A DNA stretch of 64,000 nt from positions 24 through 64,023 of IMG/VR virus record IMGVR_UViG_3300027833_000044. One strand, written 5' to 3'. The notes below the pieces were generated by a model, which was not told where the DNA came from, did not search any database, and was given only the letters and a program-made list of their open reading frames with translations. Positions 57,301-64,000 of the stretch are shown here, in pieces; position 1 is the stretch's first letter, and every line of letters starts with the position of its first letter. A program made the translations under genes and the position numbers. The stretch comes from a virus (lineage: Duplodnaviria; Caudoviricetes).

Positions 57301-57942
57301 TTTGCGGGTAACTACACTGGTAACTATGCTAGAAACTTCTCTGCCGCATACACTAGAAATAGTACAAATACCTTTGTGGGAGACTTCTTGGGTGACTATA
57401 CTGGTAACTATGCTAGAGAATTTACTGCGAATTATTTAAGAAATAGTGTTGCAACATTCTTAGGTGACTTTGCGGGTGATTACACTGGTAACTATGCAAG
57501 AGCATTTAGTGCAGACTACACAAGAAATAGTGTTGCTGATTTTGCGGGTAACTTTGTCGGTGAATACACTGGTAACTACAGTAGAAGTTTTACTGCGGAT
57601 TACCAAAGAACAAGGGTGTCTACATATAGTGCTGCATATAGTAGAACAAGAACTTCTCTATATAGTGCAAACTATCAGAGAACAAGAAGTTCTGCATACA
57701 CAAGGAATTCCACAGTTGACTCCACAAGGAACTCTACTGCGGTATTCACAAGGACTTGCGTTGTAGTACGTTCAAGTGCATATAGTAGAACAAGAACAAG
57801 TGTTACTACCTTCACAGGTGATTACACTGGTAACTTTGTTGCAGAGTTTACAGGAGATTATGTTGGTAATTATGTAGGAACAACAATTGATTCGGGTAGT
57901 TCCGTAATTAAAACGTATACCCTATACCAGAGAACAGCATAA
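54391..57942 (+). CDS. tetrapeptide-repeat palindromic stalk protein (paralog B)
   Basis: 272-aa N-domain, 438-aa left arm, YAGGGKSGDAYN turn, 442-aa right arm, 19-aa tail. Confidence 0.9.
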   Translation: MGTTTLKLEGTNGDLKEITTVEENYLAYQAGLHLSALDSSAVGTLTASSTNNTLIGTYTDTTFNDAVGTHGFSGGNVPVVQTTTSLYQREGVADFAGDSDAFRYPIEYNNNSGTDEIHELDSSEVDTLTDRLVSRIATSEYPGTYRLGSSSPNGTYSTYKAGVFSDRLQTGASGTVYNLYVKSSMSSPTAIRPVTIKRASGMTGSFQGLKEMTDAEIKYSFGSRVQSRITNGSNGVGTYQLRSNVQGAPTDTGTWSTRGTATDTRFNLVNTDYSANYQRVSTTDSTRNRTADFSRSVDYTGNYQRNFTGNFLGEYTGDFTGNFVGDFVGNYSRSFIGDYVGNYSRNFEGNYTGNYSRNFLGNYIGNYARAYSAVYSRTRVTTYTGDFTGNYVGNYSRNYSAAYTRNSTAEFVGDFTGNYTGNYTRNYSANYQRTRVTNFLGDFTGDYTGNYARNYEADYTRNRVTTFTGNFLGDYTGNYARNFEADYQRTRITNSAGTYTGNFLGDYTGNYARNFSANYQRTRSTDYTQVFTGNYEGNYTGNYARNYLGNYARAYTRTRITDYVGDFAGDYAGNFLGDYTGNYARNYLGNYVGDYAGDFAGNFLGDYTGNYARAYSANYQRTRATNYQRTRATNYARAFSANYQRTRATNYQRTRATNYARNFLGNYARNYLGNYVGNYTGNFAGNYTGNFVGNYARTRATAYARTRATNYAGGGKSGDAYNYTGNFVGNYTGNFVGNYARTRATAYSRTRATAYARTRATNYARAFTANYARNYLGNYLGDYVGNFLGDYTGNYARNYLGNYLGDYVGNFLGDYTGNYARNFSANYQRTSTRDSNRTRITDYSQNYARNFSANYQRTSTRDSNRTRITTYTGDFVGNYARNFTANYARNFSAAYARTRVTDSTGNFVGDFLGDYTGNYARNYSANYQRTRATDYVGDYVGDFAGNYVGNYARNYQADYQRTRATDYAGDFAGNYTGNYARNFSAAYTRNSTNTFVGDFLGDYTGNYAREFTANYLRNSVATFLGDFAGDYTGNYARAFSADYTRNSVADFAGNFVGEYTGNYSRSFTADYQRTRVSTYSAAYSRTRTSLYSANYQRTRSSAYTRNSTVDSTRNSTAVFTRTCVVVRSSAYSRTRTSVTTFTGDYTGNFVAEFTGDYVGNYVGTTIDSGSSVIKTYTLYQRTA
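55207..57882 (+). repeat. degenerate 12-bp (tetrapeptide) coding repeat array
   Basis: recurrent units such as TATACTGGTAAC, TATGCTAGAAAC, TACCAAAGAACT. Confidence 0.9.
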
Positions 57943-57983
57943 TAAAATTGATATATATAAACGTGAGTGTTAGGAGATAAAAC

Positions 57984-58445
57984 ATGGCAAGAGTATGGTT
58001 AGAAAACGCATTTTGGGAAACCCCTAAAAAACAAATATTGAATGCGATTAGTGAAGAAACGGTTGACAATAAGGAAATACGTCAAGTTCATAAAATGAAC
58101 AGACATAATCCAAATGGTACTGAGAATGCATTATTCTTAGAAGCGGTTGAATCCCTTACCGAAGAAAAGATAGACGAATCTAGTAAGAAACGTCTAGAAA
58201 AGAAACAAGCGGAAGCGGAACTTGAGAAACAAAAACAACTTGAGCATGAACGTGCTAGGAAGTTAGAAAAGTTATTCGAGTATAAACTAGAAACTTTTGA
58301 AATTCCTGAAATTAAGAATTCCAAAAATCGACTATTAAAATCAAAGTTAAGACGCTCTAGGTCTATCCCAGAAGTTAACTTATATGCTATGATGATTGTG
58401 AAGGAATCTATAGATAATGAACTTGAAGAAATCCAACCAAAGTAA
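57984..58445 (+). CDS. hypothetical protein (possible fibre chaperone/adaptor)
   Basis: AGGAG RBS; coiled-coil centre; LF.YKLE.FEIPEIKNSKNR..K..LR. Confidence 0.75.
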   Translation: MARVWLENAFWETPKKQILNAISEETVDNKEIRQVHKMNRHNPNGTENALFLEAVESLTEEKIDESSKKRLEKKQAEAELEKQKQLEHERARKLEKLFEYKLETFEIPEIKNSKNRLLKSKLRRSRSIPEVNLYAMMIVKESIDNELEEIQPK

Positions 58446-59175
58446 AGGTTTTGTAGTTGTAGCATCGAAGAATCAAAACTTCTACACATATGCGGTCAAC
58501 TTAATCGAAGCTATTAAAGACTATTATCCAGAAGCACTTATTACTCTGGTGACGGAGGAGCGTTTCCTTGATAGTCGAGCAGACGAAGCAGACCAAATAA
58601 TATTTTGTACAGACCATTACCGTGCAAAACTATGGGGTATGGCACAAACTCCTTATGATATTACCATGTATGTTGATGCAGACATGGATTGTGAACATGA
58701 AGATATTATTACTATTTGGGATGAGATGAAAGACTATGATATGGTCTTCCATGAACTTACCAAAGAACGTGAAAAATTCTATGCAATTCGTGAATTCAAA
58801 TACGAAGGTAAAACAGAGAAGTTTTCTCTATGTGGTGGAGTCTGTCTCTACAGAAGTGAAAATCCTCTTGTTCGTGAATTTATGGAAGATTGGTTTGAGA
58901 TATATAATTCTCAACATACCAATCAGTGGCAACCAAAAGGGTTTGACCACGACCAATTTCAAAAGGATTTAAAACACTTTGACCAAACAACTCTCTGGTA
59001 CATGACAGAGAAAATGGACAAATATAAAGATTTAAAAATAGGAATCTTTTCAGATGATATTAGGTGGAACTACTTTACCCAGTATGCATATGAAGGATTA
59101 AAATCAATAGAAGGGAAACCACCTATATTAAGACATTACTCAGGTTCACTGAAGAAGGATAGACTTATAGTATGA
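58417..59175 (+). CDS. GT-A fold glycosyltransferase-like protein
   Basis: RAKL....TPYD.T.YVDAD, GGV, FDQ..L, RWN, ILRHY. Confidence 0.75.
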   Translation: MNLKKSNQSKGFVVVASKNQNFYTYAVNLIEAIKDYYPEALITLVTEERFLDSRADEADQIIFCTDHYRAKLWGMAQTPYDITMYVDADMDCEHEDIITIWDEMKDYDMVFHELTKEREKFYAIREFKYEGKTEKFSLCGGVCLYRSENPLVREFMEDWFEIYNSQHTNQWQPKGFDHDQFQKDLKHFDQTTLWYMTEKMDKYKDLKIGIFSDDIRWNYFTQYAYEGLKSIEGKPPILRHYSGSLKKDRLIV

Positions 59176-59840
59176 TAGATGTTCCGATTAAAAATAAAGA
59201 TGTATTATCTGTATTAGACAGATGGTTATGGTATTACGACAATAGGGAAGACCTTAAAAAAGTTGTGCGACTTCACGGTAAATCAACGGAAAGAGACTTC
59301 TATGTTGGGGAAAAACATCGTGATGAAATCATTGCTATGGACACAAACCATGAAGGATTTCCCGATTCGGTTCATGGATACTCTTTAAAATCGGATAGAA
59401 TAGAATTTGTTAAAGGGAATAATCCAGAGAATGCAAATTATATCGCTAAGTTTAGTGAATTGAACACAGAACTTTGTCACATTCTATCATCTAAAAACAA
59501 TGCATTAGCACAACTGTATCCACCAGATGGACACATTTCGTGGCATAATAATGCAAATGCATCTGCATATAACATCATTTTCTCTTGGTCAGAAACAGGA
59601 GATGGGTGTTTTAAGTATGTTGATGGTCACACTGGTAATGAAGTTGTCATGCAAGATGTCAAAGGATGGCAGTGTAAAGCAGGATACTTCGGTGCATATC
59701 AAGAACCTTGGTATAAAAGGGTCTACCATGCAGCCGAAACTGACTGTTGGAGAATGACCGTATCTTATATTTTCAATCGTAGTGACATGTCCCATGGACT
59801 ACAAGATGAAATAATAGAAGAAATAATGTCTGATTTTTGA
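59172..59840 (+). CDS. 2OG-Fe(II) oxygenase-like (DSBH) protein
   Basis: LYPPDGHISWHNN...YH.A....WR.TVS. Confidence 0.65.
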   Translation: MIDVPIKNKDVLSVLDRWLWYYDNREDLKKVVRLHGKSTERDFYVGEKHRDEIIAMDTNHEGFPDSVHGYSLKSDRIEFVKGNNPENANYIAKFSELNTELCHILSSKNNALAQLYPPDGHISWHNNANASAYNIIFSWSETGDGCFKYVDGHTGNEVVMQDVKGWQCKAGYFGAYQEPWYKRVYHAAETDCWRMTVSYIFNRSDMSHGLQDEIIEEIMSDF

Positions 59841-59861
59841 TGTAGTTGGGTTTCGTTTCCT

Positions 59862-59869
59862 TATAAATA
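59862..59869 (+). promoter_or_regulatory. T4-type late promoter
   Basis: TATAAATA upstream of ORF 59912. Confidence 0.75.
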
Positions 59870-59911
59870 AAGACAAGAAGAAAGTTTATTGTTTTTATAT
59901 GGGTACTCAAG

Positions 59912-60280
59912 ATGTTGACACCAAACTACGAAGATATTACAATCATACAGGGTGCAGATGTAGCGATAGAAATACATCTCATCAATGACAGCGACAGTGC
60001 GTATGACCTTACTAATAGGGCTGTAACGTCTAAAATGAAAAGAAATTACACTGACTCTGCGGGTGACCCAGATACGGTGTCGTTTAATGCAGCTATCATT
60101 TCCCCCGCAACTCAGGGGATTGTGAATCTCTCACTAACTAATATCCAAACCGATGCATTGAAGACTCGTGGACGCTATGTCTACGATGTAGAAATATCTT
60201 ATGTCGATAGTGATTCCAATACAATAATTCAAAGAGTCCTCGAAGGTCAAGCAGAAGTAAGTCCTTCGGTCACTAAATAA
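59912..60280 (+). CDS. small Ig-like virion/fibre adaptor protein
   Basis: I.QGAD, DLT, G...LSLT..QT..L..GRYVYDVEI, RVLEG...V.P.VT. Confidence 0.75.
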   Translation: MLTPNYEDITIIQGADVAIEIHLINDSDSAYDLTNRAVTSKMKRNYTDSAGDPDTVSFNAAIISPATQGIVNLSLTNIQTDALKTRGRYVYDVEISYVDSDSNTIIQRVLEGQAEVSPSVTK

Positions 60281-60291
60281 GGGAAAAATTA

Positions 60292-63200
60292 ATGACTGAT
60301 AAGATATACATCAAAAAGATTGTTGTCGGGACTCCAATTAAGCGAGTAACATCTGGTGCCTTTAATATTGAGAATTTGTCAGGGGTAGATGTATCTGCGA
60401 CAGAATCCGATGGTTCAATACTTGCATACAAATCTAGTACAAGTAAATTCGTCACAACAAATTTAAAAGGTTCGGGTAATATATCCGCCAACTACGATAG
60501 TAGTAATAATCAATATGTTTTTGGATTTGACCAGACTGCCTTTGTTGGTAATCTGATTCCATCTACAAATGAGACTCAAGACCTTGGTAGTACCACTAAT
60601 AAGTGGAGAGATTTGTTTCTAAGTGGAAACACTATTCAACTCGGAAGTGTATTACTAAGAGACAGTGGTGGCTCTTTTGTTGTTGTTGACAGTTCTGGTA
60701 ATAAAGAAACTCTTGGTGTTTCTCTTTCTTCAAACAATACTGCGGTATTCTCTTTTGACAGTGGTCAGGGTCAATTTACATTTAACGATTCTGACCTTGC
60801 AAGAACAAACATCAATGAGACATTCCATAGTGGTATAACTGTACTTAATGGTGCAACTATTGATAGTGCAACCATTACTAATCTTGCAAACACAAATTTA
60901 ACAGGAAGTCAAGCGACTTTCGATAGTGCAAATATTGGTTCTCTACGAGTAACTGGTAATACCGTCCTAGATGGTAATTTAACCATTACTGGTACAGAGA
61001 CAATATTAAACACCGAAACAATTCAACTTGCAGACAACACAATTGTTCTTAACTCAAACGCAACTGGTACACCTAGTGAAGATGCGGGTATTGAGATTGA
61101 ACGTGGTTCTTCTGCAAACAAATCATTCTTATGGGATGAGGGTAGTGAGTATTGGACACTAGGTTCAGAGACTCTTCAAACTACAGGTAAGATTTTATAC
61201 AGTAATGTATATAGTTCAGAAGGTGACCTACCTAGTGCATCAACCTATCATGGTATGTTCGCACACGTACATGGAACAGGTAAAGGTTACTTTGCACATG
61301 CGGGTGCATGGCACAAACTATTAGACGAAACATCGTCAACCACCGCAAGTTTAACCGAAGGGTCTAACTTATATTATACAACCACTCGTGCGGATTCAGA
61401 CTTTGATATCCGACTTGCTACCAAAACAACAAGTAACGTAGCAGAAGGCACAAACCTCTATTATACCTCTGCTCGTGCAGATAGCGATGCTAAAAATTCA
61501 GTATCCGCAACTGACGCTGGCGGAGATGGTTCACTTTCATACAATAGTTCAACTGGTGTAATAACTTATACAGGGCCAAATGCATCTGAAGTAAGGGCAC
61601 ATTTAACAGCAAACAAAGGTTTGTCTGTATCCAACGGTGAGTTCAATATAGACTCCGCTAACGTTAGAGGCATGTTCTCTGCGGGTGGTGACCTATCTTA
61701 TAATAGTGGAACAGGTCAGTTCTCATTTGACGTAGAACAAGTCTATACCAAAACAAACTTTGATTCCGATTTAGGTGCTGCATTAGATGGTGGAGCGGGT
61801 ATTACATATGACTCCGCACAAGACACTATCTCTATTACAGCAACTGGAGTAACTGCGGGAACATACGGTAACGCATCTCAGATTCCAGTATTTTCAGTTA
61901 ATGCACAAGGTCAATTAGACAGTGCGGGTACAGTTGCAGTTGCGGGTGTATCAACATTAGCATTTGATTCCTCTGGTGGTAACCTCACTATTGGAACTGC
62001 TGATGGGAACACATTTCTTACTACTATCACACTTGACCCATTCACTACTGCGGACTTAACAGAAGGTGCAAACAAATATTATACTACTGCTCGTTCTGAT
62101 TCTGACTTTGACGTTAGACTCGGCACGAAATCGACTTCAAATCTCAGTGAGGGGAGTAACTTATATTACACCACTGCAAGATGGGACGCACGTCTTGCTG
62201 AAAAAGACTTAGATGATATTGCAGAAGGTTCAACGAATCTATTTTATACCTCTGCTCGTGCAGATAGCGATGCTAAAAATTCAGTATCAGTAACAGATGC
62301 AGGAGGAGACGGTTCATTATCCTACAACTCAACAAACGGTGTCTTCACATACACAGGGCCAAGTTCAAGTGACGTTCGAGCACACTTTAGTGCTGCGGGT
62401 GATTTAACTTATGACTCTTCTACTGGTAGATTCTCTATTGATGTGGAGAATGTTTATACAAAGTCTAACTTTGATTCAGACCTTGGTGATGCGTTGGTTG
62501 GTGGAACAGGAATCACATATGATTCTTCGTCCGATACAATCAATCTTACAAACACTGGTGTCACTGCTGCAACATACGGTTCTGCAACTTCAGTTCCTCA
62601 GTTCTCAGTAAATGCACAAGGTCAGATTGACTCTGCACGTAATGTAACTATTGCGGGTGTTACTGGTGTAGATTTTGATAGTTCAAACGCAACTATTACA
62701 ATACAAACAACTGGTGGGAACTTTACGGATGTCATATCACTCGACCCATTCACTACGGCAAACTTATCAGAAAATACTAACCTCTACTATACAGACGCAA
62801 GAGCAAGAGCGTCCAACTCTGTCACAGATGCGGGTGGAGATGGTTCACTGGCATATAACAGTACTACAGGTGTTATCACTTATACTGGGCCTAGTGCTGC
62901 TGAAGTAAGAGCACACTTAACTGCAAACAAAGGACTCTCCGTTTCTAATGGTGAGTTTAACATAGATTCCTCAAATGTCAAGGGAATGTTTAGTGCGAGT
63001 GGTGACCTATCATATTCGAATGGTCAGTTCTCTTTCACAGAAAGAACCGATGCAGAAGTAAGGGGATTAGTATCCGCAACTGACGCTGGCGGAGATGGTT
63101 CTTTCTCTTACAATGCAAGTACTGGTGCATTCACTTACACTGGCCCAAGTGCTACTGAAGTAAGAGCACACTTAACCGCAAATAAAGGTTTGAGTGTATC

Positions 63201-64000
63201 TTCTGGTGAGTTTAACATAGACTCTGATAATGTCAAGGGAATGTTCTCTGCCACAGACGCTGGCGGAGACGGAAGTTTCTCTTACAGTAATGGTGTCTAT
63301 ACCTACACAGGGCCAAATGCGACAGAAGTAAGGGCACATCTTACTGCAAACAAAGGTTTATCTGTAACCAATGGTGAATTCAATATTGACTCTGCGAATG
63401 TCAAAGCGATGTTCTCAGGTGGTACTGGTGTAACATACAGTAATGGTGCAATCAGTATCGGTCAGGCAGTTGCAACCTCGGATGACGTAACATTCAACGA
63501 CTTGGTAGTCTCAGGAAATCTGAGTATCTTAGGTTCACAGACTGACGTTGCAACCACGAACTTGACAGTAACAGATAAGAATATTACTATTGCTGATAGT
63601 TCAACAACAAGTGCATTAACAAACGGTGCGGGATTAACATTCGGTGCATGGTCTTCAGGTACTATTCCGACATTCACTTGGAGTCATGGTGACCAAAGAT
63701 TGGTCTCAAACTATGCTATCGGTGCAAACCTAGTCGGTAATGTCACGGGTAATGTCACGGGTACGACATCTGATATATCCAATCATACAACCGCAGACTT
63801 AACTGAAAACACTAATCTTTATCATACCACTGCACGTGCAAGAGGTGCCATATCGGTAACCGATGCGGGTGGGGATGGAAGTGCATCATACAATAGTTCA
63901 ACAGGTGTCATTACCTATACAGGGCCGAGTGCATCTGAGGTAAGAGCACATCTGACTGCGAACAAAGGTCTAAGTGTATCATCTGGTGAATTCAATATTG
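60292..64000 (+). CDS. long tail fibre protein (3' truncated; missing from ORF track)
   Basis: open frame MTDKIYIKKIVVGTP... to window end; repeats T..L.EG.NLYYT.AR.DSD and DAGGDGS.SYN..TG..TYTGP.A.EVRAHLTANKGL. Confidence 0.88.
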   Translation, partial: MTDKIYIKKIVVGTPIKRVTSGAFNIENLSGVDVSATESDGSILAYKSSTSKFVTTNLKGSGNISANYDSSNNQYVFGFDQTAFVGNLIPSTNETQDLGSTTNKWRDLFLSGNTIQLGSVLLRDSGGSFVVVDSSGNKETLGVSLSSNNTAVFSFDSGQGQFTFNDSDLARTNINETFHSGITVLNGATIDSATITNLANTNLTGSQATFDSANIGSLRVTGNTVLDGNLTITGTETILNTETIQLADNTIVLNSNATGTPSEDAGIEIERGSSANKSFLWDEGSEYWTLGSETLQTTGKILYSNVYSSEGDLPSASTYHGMFAHVHGTGKGYFAHAGAWHKLLDETSSTTASLTEGSNLYYTTTRADSDFDIRLATKTTSNVAEGTNLYYTSARADSDAKNSVSATDAGGDGSLSYNSSTGVITYTGPNASEVRAHLTANKGLSVSNGEFNIDSANVRGMFSAGGDLSYNSGTGQFSFDVEQVYTKTNFDSDLGAALDGGAGITYDSAQDTISITATGVTAGTYGNASQIPVFSVNAQGQLDSAGTVAVAGVSTLAFDSSGGNLTIGTADGNTFLTTITLDPFTTADLTEGANKYYTTARSDSDFDVRLGTKSTSNLSEGSNLYYTTARWDARLAEKDLDDIAEGSTNLFYTSARADSDAKNSVSVTDAGGDGSLSYNSTNGVFTYTGPSSSDVRAHFSAAGDLTYDSSTGRFSIDVENVYTKSNFDSDLGDALVGGTGITYDSSSDTINLTNTGVTAATYGSATSVPQFSVNAQGQIDSARNVTIAGVTGVDFDSSNATITIQTTGGNFTDVISLDPFTTANLSENTNLYYTDARARASNSVTDAGGDGSLAYNSTTGVITYTGPSAAEVRAHLTANKGLSVSNGEFNIDSSNVKGMFSASGDLSYSNGQFSFTERTDAEVRGLVSATDAGGDGSFSYNASTGAFTYTGPSATEVRAHLTANKGLSVSSGEFNIDSDNVKGMFSATDAGGDGSFSYSNGVYTYTGPNATEVRAHLTANKGLSVTNGEFNIDSANVKAMFSGGTGVTYSNGAISIGQAVATSDDVTFNDLVVSGNLSILGSQTDVATTNLTVTDKNITIADSSTTSALTNGAGLTFGAWSSGTIPTFTWSHGDQRLVSNYAIGANLVGNVTGNVTGTTSDISNHTTADLTENTNLYHTTARARGAISVTDAGGDGSASYNSSTGVITYTGPSASEVRAHLTANKGLSVSSGEFNI

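Noticed and set aside
55207-57882. Repeat array as a CRISPR array, DGR template or DNA-level inverted repeat
   Set aside because: Units are 12 bp, in frame and synonymously varied, with no spacers and no reverse transcriptase in the window. The two arms are not reverse complements, so the symmetry is at the protein level.
51831-57942. Repeat proteins as RiPP precursors for the radical SAM enzyme
   Set aside because: They lie in the virion module with large folded N-domains and no leader/core or protease pattern. The radical SAM gene is ~46 kb away among sugar enzymes. Mirror pairing explains the repeats better.

Overview
A 64-kb, AT-rich stretch of a large T4-like myophage genome, probably aquatic or marine (inference from gene content). 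It has four blocks. (1) ~1-18 kb: a dense cluster of modification enzymes (about 8 glycosyltransferase-like genes, a NodU-type carbamoyltransferase, radical SAM, a ferritin-like di-iron protein, a glutamine amidotransferase-like hydrolase, a cupin, sulfotransferase-like and methyltransferase genes, a HAD/nucleotidyltransferase fusion), then a nuclease, a GroES-like gene and two tRNA-Arg genes. (2) ~18-26 kb: small early genes behind consensus sigma70 promoters, then gp33 and gp32. (3) ~26-50 kb: iscA/iscU and T4-type head-completion, tail and baseplate genes (gp29, gp51/gp26, gp54, gp2, gp4, gp48, gp53, gp27, a three-part gp5, gp25, gp6, gp7, gp9, gp8, a DUF4815-like protein). (4) ~50-64 kb: fibre genes. 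The standout is the 1183-aa protein at 54391-57942. It is built from 4-residue units arranged as a mirror-complementary palindrome around a central Gly-rich turn. Gly-type tetrads face Arg/Thr-type tetrads in exact register over more than 100 unit pairs, which suggests a very long self-paired beta-hairpin filament. A paralog carries a globular knob at the turn, and a glycosyltransferase-like and an oxygenase-like gene lie just downstream. Other notable items: a likely -1 frameshift joining gp26 and gp51 upstream of the tape-measure gene, and Asp-Ser enrichment in virion proteins. All family assignments come from motif recognition by eye; no database search was run.
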